From the IMG/VR virus record IMGVR_UViG_3300017705_000783, positions 8,565-72,564 of that record: a stretch of DNA of 64,000 bases. One strand, given 5' to 3'. Shown here piece after piece: positions 35,566-46,378 of the stretch; position 1 is the stretch's first letter; each line of letters opens with the position of its first letter. The notes beneath the pieces are model-generated. The model did not search any database. It was not told where the DNA came from and saw nothing but the letters and a program-made list of their open reading frames with translations. Both the position numbers and the translations under genes were made by a program. This stretch comes from a virus (taxonomy: Duplodnaviria > Caudoviricetes).

Positions 35566-38500
35566 TATGTATCCTTATTAAAATCAAATATATTGGGAGA
35601 TCTGAACCCTAGTCCATAACCATTTCTCCAGCCGTCTGTATTTCCAAAATCACCAGTGTACGAAGATCCGTATTTAGCGTTCACGGCTCGGTAGTATGAG
35701 ACCAATTTAGGTCGTCCTGATGTCCCCTTTGTAGCATTCTTAGCGTTAGCAAAAGTGTTCATAGCAGAATCGTCCAACCAAATCCTACTCACATAAGACT
35801 CATCCAACATACCAGAAGCGTAGAAGAAGGTGGTAGACAGGGGTTCCCCACCAGCAGCAGCAGCCGTTTGGAATCCTAACTGGTTATATATAGCACTTAC
35901 TGTCGTAGGATCGGGAGTACTACAATCTCTAGATGGATTATAGCCTTGAGCTAATTCCTGTAGTGGTTCTCCTATCTCCACAGCAGAAGGTGGGTAATCC
36001 CAAGAATAGCCAGCGTCTAAGTTAGATGAACTCTGATAAGCTCCAGCGAAACCAGCAGTTCCACCTCTAGTATATCCTAAAAAGTGTGCCATGGGATCTA
36101 CAGAGAAGTAAATTCTAAATGGTCCCTTATTAGCAAAACTTGTTCTTGCCTCTATTGCAGACACTCCTGTTGCGGTGTCTGCTGCGATGGCGGGACGCAT
36201 CCCATAGGAATCAAGAACACTTAATCTTCCAGTATTAGGAGTAGCCGAAGGCGCAGCAGATAAAGCTACATGGGCCCCCCCACATCCCACTACACTAGAA
36301 ACATAAAGACCGCTAGGACCATAATACCCTGTATCTCCTGGATAATTTCCACTCACAGAGATATGCGACATATGCAACCTTGAATCATCTCCTATATTCC
36401 AAATATAGAGCTTGCCGCATGTGGTGGTCGCTGGGACTCCTGCCGAGACATCTAATGTTACTGAGGAAGCATTTTGCCAACCACAAGGGAAATGAGTGTT
36501 AAGAACTTTTACCTCACTCCCCTTATTAGCCCTTACACACATACCACCCCAAGAATACTTACTATATTCAGTTGGGTCAAATGTAGGTGTGTTGCTAGTA
36601 TCGAGGCCACCAATAGGATCAAGAGTAGATACTAGATAAGAAAGAGCAGTAGGATCCGTAACGTCAGTTATTCCTCTAGTTATTGGATTAGGATAAAATT
36701 GAATATAACCCCAGAAGTATAAAGTGAAGTTCCATTAGCATCGCTGGCATTGTAATCGGATGCTGCAATGAGCCCAGAAGTAGCCTTAGTAACGTAAGAA
36801 TCGGGAGACTTAGCCCATAATCTATTAAAATCTCCACAATCTTTCATTTCTATTGTTGATCCATTGTCAGCAACCAAACAAGATTTAAACGATTGCATTT
36901 CTACTCTAGTATGCTGGTTTGTATCAGAAAGAGCATACGAACTAACATCCAATTTTCCTTCAGTATTATGTGGAGCAAATTTAATTATAGAATTATTATT
37001 AGCACCTACATTTATACCTGCTCTGCCTAGAACAGTAGGTCCGTTGAATTCTACCTTTGAACCATTATCAACATAAATAGGAGTACTATCTAATAGAGCA
37101 TCATAAGAACTATCGTCTCCTTCTATTCTGGTGCAGTAGGTATCTCCACTACATCCCATAAATTTAACATTACTTCCCTCATCAATATAATATGCTTCAC
37201 CTAATACAGGTTCGGTTGCTGTGAAAGAGTATGAGGCGTTCCCTGCCAAGGTTCTCATTTGCATAAAATCAGCTTTAGTATTCTTAAGATGAACCCCAGG
37301 AATTGTAACTCCATCTCTTACTCTATAACCACCTGATCCTATTTCAAAGGGGTAAATATGACGATCAATATCGAATAATTTAAATTTTTTATTCTTAAAA
37401 ACACAATTCTCTAAATCAAGATGTTGTCCATTAAATAAGAAATCTAAAGCTTTATTCGGAGACACTAAGCTATTACCTAATCCATGTAGGGTTTTATAAT
37501 ATTCTACTGTACTATTTTTACCTTCTAAACCGCACCAATTATTATGATCACAAACTATCTCACTTACCTTTAAAGTAGTATTATTTAATCTAATACCCAC
37601 TTCATTCATATAAGACATAAGAGTATGATTAAAATCTATAGTTGAATCATTAGCCTCTAATCCTACTTCTGTATTTAAGAAAGTATCAAGATACAATTGA
37701 TTATATGGAGTTTGTGCCCCTACTACTGAAGCCCCCTTCAAGTCCTTGCCTCTCCCACCCTCAGGAGTTTTAAGAATAGAATTATTTAGTTGAACCCCTA
37801 CAGGAGAGTGAGCAAACGAGAAAGGGGAGTCAGAGGGAAGTCCCGAACTAACATCATAAGCACCACTTAAGGTAATTTCTGAATTATTAGCTTGCATTCC
37901 ATAAGCAGTGGAACTACCTCTAGTATTAGCAGCCAAAGGATAAACTCTATAAGAAGTAAATCCTCTATTTAAATTTACTTTGGAGTTAGTTATTTTAAGC
38001 CCAGTCTCTGCGCACCTCATAACAGCACAGTTTTCTAAAAGAACATTTGAATTTTCTATTTCAATACCATTTGCTACCCCGTGGTCTTGGGCTGGTTCGA
38101 TAGCAACAGTTGCTAAGTTACCATCAACAACGAAACCTCTAATATAAAGAGGTCCGTTGCAGTTCTTTACTGTTATTCTTTGGGCACTATTTGCATAGAC
38201 AAATCCCGTTGGGAGTGCTTTTATTCTGGTTGCTCTATCGGTAGCTGCTTGAAGGTTAGCCATGTTAGAGGGTCTTAATGCTTTACTTGTGAAACTACCC
38301 ATTAAACTTCCATTGTAGTCGTAGGCGTAAGTAGAATCTGTATAATCAGAAAAAGAAAATACACTGTTAGTATTAGAGAAAAAACCAGGACTTGTATTTT
38401 TTATAGTCGCTGTTATTCCATTGTTTCTATAGTCGGGGGTGGGAGTTTTGGGAGCATCTCTACTTCCGTATCCATAGTCCTCGAAGGTAATAGCAGCTAT

Positions 38501-39127
38501 ACTGAAAACATCTGCCATTCTTATAAAAGAGCGATGCCAGTTATTCCAAAAATTATTTCCATGAACAGTGGTTACATTGGTGGCCGTTGCCAAGGAGCTG
38601 GTATTGCCCATGGTACTACTAAGATCTATAGATGACAAAGAAGTAATGGAGGAAGTGGCACCTGCCGCCGAGGTATCCCAAACCGTACCCGCCCCAGAAC
38701 CACTAAGGATCTTAGCAAATCCTCTATTTACTATTTCTAATCCCCCATCACCTACAAACTCGAAATCTTGAATATCAATATTCCCAAGATTACCACTAAC
38801 AGCAACCTCTATAATTACAGGAAATCTAAGAGTCCTTGGTAGCTTGTTTAACGCTGCGCTTACGGAGGAGAACACTTGATATGGGCCAGTGGCGTCCACG
38901 GACGAATCCGATACACTCAAGTGAAGCCCAGTAAGGGAAGAAGTGGGATAACCCAGTTGCTCCCAATTAAACTCGGTTCTTTCCTCTAAATCGTAAAGAG
39001 GAAGATTATCCTGCTCCCAATTATAAAAAGAGCTTGCATCATACTTATAGACAGTACTAGTCCAGTCCCCTCTTACTAACTTATCGTCACCTTGTGCTAA
39101 ATATAAATCATTTTCTAAAAAAGGCAT
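35565..39127 (-). pseudogene. Beta-helix-like tail appendage protein split by a -1 frameshift near 36710 (tracked as 36680..39127 and 35565..36542)
   Basis: The -1 frame is open from 36734 through ATG 36542 (GYIQFYPNPITRG...YSWGGMCVRAN). A GGGG run lies at 36709-36712. Pectate-lyase-like repeats (GIEIENS, GLKITNS, GVQLNNS). Confidence 0.7.
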
Positions 39128-39130
39128 AAC

Positions 39131-39718
39131 TTAAAAACTCAACTTCCACTTAAATACCAACGAGAACTGGTTCGTTTTCTTTATATTATTAAAGGTTCTA
39201 TAGGCTACCAAAGGACTCCTCCTATCTTGGCCTGATATAAGGATTGCTAAAGGGTTAGACATAAATAATCCAATTTCATTCAAGTCTTGTTCAAAAGATG
39301 AATCCTCAGGCAAATATAAAACATAGGTAACCGAAGTGGAAGAAGATTTCTTTATTACATTATCGGAGATGAGTAGGAATATCTCATTCGTAGGTGATGG
39401 ACCTCCTTGGGGTAACATTCTTTTATGGTTACTTACAACAACATTATTCCCATACTCCGCTTCTGTTTTTTGGTATCCACCTAAACTACCTTGAGTATAA
39501 TCATATGAAGTTGGGGCTCCTGATCCTACTTGGAAATATCTTATCTGGAAGTCTTCCACCGTAGAGGATCCCTGTCCAGCGAAAAGCATAGCTAGACCTA
39601 CTCCCATCCCAGAAGTAATGACATTATGGTCATCAAATACTTTCTCTTCTGTGCCATCAGAAAATATTTTAAAAATCTCTAAATGACCAGATACATCTAA
39701 TATATCATTTTGTTTCAT
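39131..39718 (-). CDS. Baseplate-associated protein, paralogue 1 of 3
   Basis: V.G.LEIFK...E.V....NVI.SG...YFQVG...EIGLF...KWKLSF. Confidence 0.6.
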   Translation of the reverse strand: MKQNDILDVSGHLEIFKIFSDGTEEKVFDDHNVITSGMGVGLAMLFAGQGSSTVEDFQIRYFQVGSGAPTSYDYTQGSLGGYQKTEAEYGNNVVVSNHKRMLPQGGPSPTNEIFLLISDNVIKKSSSTSVTYVLYLPEDSSFEQDLNEIGLFMSNPLAILISGQDRRSPLVAYRTFNNIKKTNQFSLVFKWKLSF

Positions 39719-39734
39719 ATCTCTTCATTATATA

Positions 39735-40436
39735 CTATTTAACTCCAGGAGTTATATTATCATAAATATTTGAATTCCCTAAGAACCCAATACTCCATTC
39801 TATAAGCAATTTAAACTCAGATCTTTTAGTTAAAGGTTCACTAAGCTGCTTGTATGCCACTAATAAGGGCTTATCATTCTTGTATCCTATCGGATTTTTA
39901 GAAAATAATCCAAATTCTCTTAATAAAATACCATTTGCCGTGTCTTTATCTAAAACTATACTCACTTCTACAGAGTCTAAATAAGTTTTAGTAATATTAG
40001 TTCGTGGTATAGGAATAAACCAGTGCTTGTCCGAGGTCGAAGACGTTTCTATAGAGGACGCAGGGGCACTAGACACGCCAGCACTCAAAAACAACATTTC
40101 ACTGTAGGTAGTTCCACTGTCTGCGGTGGACGCAAGAAATGATCTATTCAACTTTTGAAGCTCTAATGTAGTCTCATCTCCATACTGGGAGGTAGAGGAT
40201 AGGGGTGCTGATAAATGATAGAATATACCAGACGCTAAACCCCCATCCCGAGAAGAGTTCATACCACTAACTCCCAACTGAAGATACCCAGGGGTTATAG
40301 ATGGTATACTAACTGCTTCTCCTGTTAATATAGAAACTATATCTACAACAAGTCCCCGAACTAACATATTACTATCATCGACAACCACTTCTTTATAGTC
40401 ATCGTAAATCTTTGTTACTTTAAGGTGACCCCCCAT
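39735..40436 (-). CDS. Baseplate-associated protein, paralogue 2 of 3
   Basis: GHLKVTK...VV...NMLVRG...YLQLG...EFGLF...EWSIGF. Confidence 0.6.
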   Translation of the reverse strand: MGGHLKVTKIYDDYKEVVVDDSNMLVRGLVVDIVSILTGEAVSIPSITPGYLQLGVSGMNSSRDGGLASGIFYHLSAPLSSTSQYGDETTLELQKLNRSFLASTADSGTTYSEMLFLSAGVSSAPASSIETSSTSDKHWFIPIPRTNITKTYLDSVEVSIVLDKDTANGILLREFGLFSKNPIGYKNDKPLLVAYKQLSEPLTKRSEFKLLIEWSIGFLGNSNIYDNITPGVK

Positions 40437-41701
40437 TAGAATGTCCTCCCAAAATCAAAGTTTATTCTCCACTGAATAGTTAGATCTGCATAATTTTTTA
40501 TACCAGCAAGCCTCGCAGCGACCGCATCATTTATGGTTGTTAAATCCTCGCTAAATACTTTTTTAGCAAATAGTTTGTATTTTCTATTGTTAGTTGGCGT
40601 GGTCCATGCTACGGGAGCAGCTTCGCTTTTAAATGTTTCTTTAGCGTCTAAAGCCCACAACCCTATATTGGTAAATCCTTTATATGCTGCTAGACATAGT
40701 AGATCAGTGGAAGAGATAGTGAAGTTATAACATACAGCAGGACTTCCTATAAAGGCGGTAGACCCGTCAACTAAACCTCCCCCTGTGTAGGACACACTTG
40801 TCAAGGAACTAGCGGTAGCAGCAGACACCGCAACGCCCTGAGTAGTATCTCCGCTAGCAGGGTGATTTTGTATAGGATAAGCTACTAAATAACCCTCCCT
40901 ATCCATAGACCCCACAGTATTGTATCTACCCTTAACCCCTGATACTACTGTGTTTATGCTGGAAAGTAGGTAGGTCCAAGGGGCTGATGTCTCTGTGACC
41001 GCGCCCCTAGTTACAGAAGTATCCCATATATAAATATTAACCCCACTACTAGGAGCATAGCATCCTTGGTAAAGAGTCTCCATACTTTTAACAGAAGATG
41101 AATAATAAGAATTTAAATTATGTCCATTAGGAGTTATTAAAGCACTTGCATTTCTCCAAGAAGGAGTATTTGAAGGACTGAAAAGAGCAGTGTATGTTGT
41201 TAGCTCTGGATACTCGGACACTGCGGAAAGCTCATAATACAACTGGACTTGAGTTTTGGATGAATTCTCTAATCGTGTGTCCCGTGGGCGTGGATCCTTT
41301 GGAAGTTCATAAGAAGGAGTAAAAGAAGAAGCCCCGCCTAAATTTCTAGCACCTATAAATGCTGATAGGTCAGCGTCAGCGTTCTTATCTGCAAAAATAG
41401 AAGATAAGTTTCTGTTGTTGTAAAATCCGTGCATACCAATAACATCGGTGTCTGCTGCACTTGTGTCAGGATGGCCCCCGTATAGCTTCTCAGCTTTTCC
41501 TAAGGACACTGCTTGTATTGTAAAGTTAGAGGGGTTGAGAGATTCTGATCCTGCTAGGTTCTTTAGACTATAAGGAGTAGTAAGCATATCAACAATAACT
41601 TCAGACGCACCATCCACCACCATGTTACTCTCTTTGAGAACACTTTCGGATGCTCCGTCCTGCATTATTTTAAATACTTCTACTTCGCCTTTAATCTTCA
41701 T
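40436..41701 (-). CDS. Baseplate-associated protein, paralogue 3 of 3
   Basis: GEVEVFK...VL..SNMVVDG...IQAVSLG...NIGLW...QWRINF. Confidence 0.6.
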   Translation of the reverse strand: MKIKGEVEVFKIMQDGASESVLKESNMVVDGASEVIVDMLTTPYSLKNLAGSESLNPSNFTIQAVSLGKAEKLYGGHPDTSAADTDVIGMHGFYNNRNLSSIFADKNADADLSAFIGARNLGGASSFTPSYELPKDPRPRDTRLENSSKTQVQLYYELSAVSEYPELTTYTALFSPSNTPSWRNASALITPNGHNLNSYYSSSVKSMETLYQGCYAPSSGVNIYIWDTSVTRGAVTETSAPWTYLLSSINTVVSGVKGRYNTVGSMDREGYLVAYPIQNHPASGDTTQGVAVSAATASSLTSVSYTGGGLVDGSTAFIGSPAVCYNFTISSTDLLCLAAYKGFTNIGLWALDAKETFKSEAAPVAWTTPTNNRKYKLFAKKVFSEDLTTINDAVAARLAGIKNYADLTIQWRINFDFGRTF

Positions 41702-44700
41702 CTAATTTCCTCTAATAATCAGAGAACTCACCTGATTAAAAATTCCATCTCCAGACAGAGCATAAATCTCTCTCTTTATATTATCTCTATAACTTAATCT
41801 ACCTCCTCCACTAACCCCCATCTCCCCAGAAGTTGTAATTGCATTTCTAGAAGCCAAAGTACTTTTTGCTAGAGAGGTAAAATAATCAAAACATGCTTTT
41901 AATTCATGCTTATTTAGTTCATACTTATTATAGCTTGTGGGAACTATCGCTCTTTCTCTAAAAGTTTTATTATACATACTAATGGTATTAAGTAATATAA
42001 AAGAGTCTGGATCTGCTGTCTCCAAGAATATCTCTATGTAATATTTTCTATCCTTGGTATGAATCTTTTCTGTTATCTGATCCTTAATTCCATTATTGTT
42101 TGTATTGAAATTAAAACTTAGAGTTTCAAACAAGGACTGGGAGGCCCAGCGGTAAACGCTCGGAACTTCCTCCTCCGAGGAAGTTCCTCCTGCCATGCAC
42201 CCTACCCTAGGTGAAAGATTGTGGTATGGAGTTATAATCTTGTTAGTCTTTATATCTCTCATTGAAGAATTTTCTTTTTCGCCGTATCTAATGATATCAG
42301 TTATATTTTTTTCTGTAAATTTACTTCCAATAGATAATCCAGGAACTATTCCGAAAGGTAAGTCTTCATTTATAACTGAGAGTTTATGTCTTACCCATGT
42401 GCCGTTAGAGAAAGACCATATAGAATTTTCTGTTGTATACGTTTTATCTGGTTTTTTGTAAGTATAGGAAATAGGCTCAGTATGAATCCAAACCTTTAAA
42501 GTACGGCCTCCTATAAGGTCAGAATCTGAATGTATATTAGCAGCATTAATATCTATCTGGTAGTCCGAATTTGGAAATAAGTAATTTTTAAAATCAGGTC
42601 TACTAGAATCAGGTTCTATCTTATATCTTATTCTTGGGAAGGTATTGGCGGCGTTTCTTCCATATTTAATAACAAGATTATCTTGTAAAACTGAGGACTT
42701 CATCCACTCAGGAATATTTTTAGTTTTTACATCCTTATCCAAACCTGTAACTCTTAAAAAGGCAAATGTGGTAGGTAAGGTATAGGGTTCATTAGGAGGT
42801 ATATAAGCCCCCGTTAAGTTGAAATCAAGCGTACCCCTACTGGTGGTATAGAATTGTGCTTGTTGTACTGCGTATGGGTTAGATGTATCAACAAACTCTA
42901 CTCCACTTAAGAAAGAATCATTTCTCACTTCAATTCTTCCTACATACATGTCTGAAGCATTGGAGGCAGCATAATTTGTTATACCCCATGCGTTAGATGG
43001 AGCCATTGCCATTGCTCCCCTACCAAAATAGTAACCTATATTAATAAGATCCCCTGTCCTAACTGAGCCAATAGAGGAGGTTATTAATCCAGGAGCTACA
43101 TCATCTATGGACGACGCAGTAATTTCATAATCATCATTGAATAAGTAAGGACCGTAAGTATGAGTTATAATATTATTAGCACCCGCATCATACTTGAAAT
43201 TAAAATTTATAGGAACTCTTGTATAGTGATCAAGCCAATCCTTATAAAACTTATGTAATGTAGATCCAAAAGCAAAATCTCCCATATAGTTTAAATTACT
43301 AACACTAATAGTATTTTCATGTAATTGATTAGCAATTGAGTTTAATACATCCCTATATTCATCGACGTACCAACTGGACACTGTTACAGGTTGTATTTTT
43401 GAGGAGGACACAGGCCACGAAGAATTCACAGTCCCATCGGGATTATAATATCCTGATACTATAGAGGAAGCCTCATGTAGGATCGAAGCCTCTCTTACTC
43501 TATGTTGTAAGCTTTGCAATTCAGTTAAAGAGCCTCGTTTGCCAAAGAAAGAAGACGCAGCCGAGCTATCAACCCCAGACAATCCCCTCAAAGGAAAGGT
43601 AGTACTTACTTCAACCCCAAAAAAGCTGTCGGAAGAATTATAAGCTTGACAGTTGTTCCAAACAGGACTTATGGTTACATTATCAATAAGGTTTCCAAAG
43701 TTATTAGGATCTCTCTTTAGGGGAACAGGGGAGAAGGATAAACTACTGGGGATGAATCCAAGTGAGAATATCCCCGAGGTTAGAAGGTTTGCACCTGTTG
43801 AATAAAAACTCCCCCCATCTTTGTTAACGGGAAGTTGTGTTGCCCTATAAAGCCAGTCATACCCAGCAGACCCCATCCCATCCCTAATATCTACATTCTC
43901 CCAGTTCATTAAATACTTATGATTTTTTCTCCGAATAGCGTTGCGCGGAGCAGCCGAGAAGAAAATATCCGCTACTCCAGATCCCATCAAAGCACCGCTC
44001 AAGCTATTAGCCGCTTCTCTTCTAAATACTGTTTGTTGACCCGCTGGTAAGACGCTCGTATTTCTTGGATTTATAGTACTAACAGCAAAGTTAGTAAGTA
44101 TTGTGGCAGAGGCATTAGAAGATACGGCCACGGAACTCAACCCAAGAACAGCCTTCATTGTAGAGATTGCACTAAGAGCTATATTAGTATCTTCAACAGA
44201 AGATACGTCAAGAATTATATCGGCTGTAGCATGGGCTGGAGCTACCGTATTAACAAGAGTTTTTACTCTAGATAAAGCATACTTTGATTCTTTATCTAAA
44301 TTAATAGAAGCAAAATCGAATGAACTTGCGGACAAAGAAATTTTAAAATGAGAAGACTTAGAACTCCAAAAAGGTAAGTACCTAAATAAATCATCCCCAT
44401 AGGGCCTAGTATTATTAACTACTTTGTCATAATTAAAAGGTGTTTGTTCTGTTGTTGTAAAGAATAGGAACGAATTTCTATAAAAATTTACATCTTCTTT
44501 TTCTAAAGTATTATTAAGAATATAAGAGTGAACACTATTAGCCGAATTTGTATCCACACCAAAACATACTAATTTCTTTTTTAAAGATTCTAATAATGGA
44601 AGAGATACTTGACAATTAGAATAATACTTTATCTCTTCCCATGGTGGAATAGGCATAACCCTATCCCTATAAGTAAAAATAAAATTTTGATCTTGTTTTG

Positions 44701-46378
44701 GTATTATTTTATGGGAAGTTCTTATATTAAAAACTGATCCCGTATAGAAATCACCATCTTCGGTTCTGTTCCATGGGCCTTCGTATTTTATCTCTTCCTG
44801 ATCTAGGGGAAGAAAAGCGGGTAAATGAGTTTTAGGGGGCTCTAAGAAGAATGTAACTCTAGGAAATAATGAGTTCCCAAAAATAAAATTATTAGGGAAC
44901 TCATTAGCTAATTCCCACATAATCCTATCAACAGCTAACCTAACATTGGTTTCTAAATTAGTAGAATAGCTATCCAACCCCAAAACGTCAGCCCTATCCT
45001 TACTAAAGGAAGCTAACCCGTTCTCTGTTAGATTAGAACTCGTCATCAGAGTATAAAATACTATATTAGGAATATAAGATTCCCACAGATCAAATAGAGT
45101 CCCAGAGGTTATATTAAAGGCTCCGTCCCTGCCGAACACAGAATCAACCATGCCCTGGACGGATCTCTTCGTTCCTTTAGCCTTATAAATTGATACAGCC
45201 TGTCTGAGCTGATTCCTGTGTCGTGTTGAGTCTGGTCCGATCAACGTCCACCCGATTAAATCAGCTAAATAAGGGAGTAGCTCATCAGGGCAGTGATCTA
45301 TATCAACAAGGGTCTCAAGTTCTTTTATTTCTGAACTTCTATCAGCAAAAGAGAAGGAGAATGCTTTTAATGCCCTATTAAGGGGTCCTGCTGAATCTTC
45401 ATCTGAAATTAAAGAGGTGGTGCTGATATAATCAGAAAATGAATCCCTAACTTTAGTATCGTTTAGATTAAAATAATCTCCCTCATAAAGAACACTAACT
45501 AAAGTTTCTAATCTATCCCTATGCTGTGTTCCTGAGACATAAGAAAGAGCATTATAACCAGATGTAGCATCAGAACCAGAAGTTCTGTATTTCTCAGGTA
45601 AAATACGCTCATCAATGGACGAGAAGGAATAATAATTACTCCACAAATATCTTTCAAATATCTTTAAACAATCATCTAAACCAATAACTTCCCCAAACCA
45701 AAGGTTTTTAGCAAGAAGAGTTGCAACCTCACCCGAGGTTGAATACCCCGAAGGTCTTACGTTAGCTCCTGCTGGGTCTGGGGCGTTTAGAAAGTAAAGC
45801 CATGATAATTTATCTATTAAATACTTATGGGTTCCTGAACTATCGTTAGAGAACGCAGAAGCTGTTGTTGTTGCTAGATTATTTCCAGGAGTTCCATCAT
45901 TTTTTTCTAGCTCTATTGTAGGAAGAAAAGTTCCTGATATATAATTTAACAAATCTCCACTAGAACTGAAATTAGATAAAGTCTTTCCTATCTTTTGAAG
46001 TATATTGTTCTCAAAGTTAGTGGGGGAAACCCAAGTAAGGTTATTCTGTTTCACAAAATACTTAGAAATACCACCCACTGCGCTGACGGAGCTAAGATAC
46101 TCTACGGTTGGAAGGGAGGATACGTATATAACAGCAGAAGAATCAGCAGCTAAAATATGTGAGTTAATTAGCTGGTCTACTTCGGTAACCTCAACCCCAC
46201 TAAGCGATATATCATCGTCAAAGTACACATTTGGCGTAATAATTTTTACAGCATCTAAGTAATTTCTCTTAAAATAGGACTGGGAACCTGGGAGGATTCT
46301 CTCGGGACTTCCCGCTGTGGGTCTCGTTAGAGTTCCCGTATACTTAGTAAAATTATCTGTTACGCTTCTTTTAGACAT
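41702..46378 (-). CDS. Large baseplate wedge protein with P2 gpI/T4 gp7-like domain
   Basis: LETLVDIDHCPDELLPYLADLIGW...LRQAVSIYKAKGT, later APAH motif; follows gp6. Confidence 0.75.
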   Translation of the reverse strand: MSKRSVTDNFTKYTGTLTRPTAGSPERILPGSQSYFKRNYLDAVKIITPNVYFDDDISLSGVEVTEVDQLINSHILAADSSAVIYVSSLPTVEYLSSVSAVGGISKYFVKQNNLTWVSPTNFENNILQKIGKTLSNFSSSGDLLNYISGTFLPTIELEKNDGTPGNNLATTTASAFSNDSSGTHKYLIDKLSWLYFLNAPDPAGANVRPSGYSTSGEVATLLAKNLWFGEVIGLDDCLKIFERYLWSNYYSFSSIDERILPEKYRTSGSDATSGYNALSYVSGTQHRDRLETLVSVLYEGDYFNLNDTKVRDSFSDYISTTSLISDEDSAGPLNRALKAFSFSFADRSSEIKELETLVDIDHCPDELLPYLADLIGWTLIGPDSTRHRNQLRQAVSIYKAKGTKRSVQGMVDSVFGRDGAFNITSGTLFDLWESYIPNIVFYTLMTSSNLTENGLASFSKDRADVLGLDSYSTNLETNVRLAVDRIMWELANEFPNNFIFGNSLFPRVTFFLEPPKTHLPAFLPLDQEEIKYEGPWNRTEDGDFYTGSVFNIRTSHKIIPKQDQNFIFTYRDRVMPIPPWEEIKYYSNCQVSLPLLESLKKKLVCFGVDTNSANSVHSYILNNTLEKEDVNFYRNSFLFFTTTEQTPFNYDKVVNNTRPYGDDLFRYLPFWSSKSSHFKISLSASSFDFASINLDKESKYALSRVKTLVNTVAPAHATADIILDVSSVEDTNIALSAISTMKAVLGLSSVAVSSNASATILTNFAVSTINPRNTSVLPAGQQTVFRREAANSLSGALMGSGVADIFFSAAPRNAIRRKNHKYLMNWENVDIRDGMGSAGYDWLYRATQLPVNKDGGSFYSTGANLLTSGIFSLGFIPSSLSFSPVPLKRDPNNFGNLIDNVTISPVWNNCQAYNSSDSFFGVEVSTTFPLRGLSGVDSSAASSFFGKRGSLTELQSLQHRVREASILHEASSIVSGYYNPDGTVNSSWPVSSSKIQPVTVSSWYVDEYRDVLNSIANQLHENTISVSNLNYMGDFAFGSTLHKFYKDWLDHYTRVPINFNFKYDAGANNIITHTYGPYLFNDDYEITASSIDDVAPGLITSSIGSVRTGDLINIGYYFGRGAMAMAPSNAWGITNYAASNASDMYVGRIEVRNDSFLSGVEFVDTSNPYAVQQAQFYTTSRGTLDFNLTGAYIPPNEPYTLPTTFAFLRVTGLDKDVKTKNIPEWMKSSVLQDNLVIKYGRNAANTFPRIRYKIEPDSSRPDFKNYLFPNSDYQIDINAANIHSDSDLIGGRTLKVWIHTEPISYTYKKPDKTYTTENSIWSFSNGTWVRHKLSVINEDLPFGIVPGLSIGSKFTEKNITDIIRYGEKENSSMRDIKTNKIITPYHNLSPRVGCMAGGTSSEEEVPSVYRWASQSLFETLSFNFNTNNNGIKDQITEKIHTKDRKYYIEIFLETADPDSFILLNTISMYNKTFRERAIVPTSYNKYELNKHELKACFDYFTSLAKSTLASRNAITTSGEMGVSGGGRLSYRDNIKREIYALSGDGIFNQVSSLIIRGN

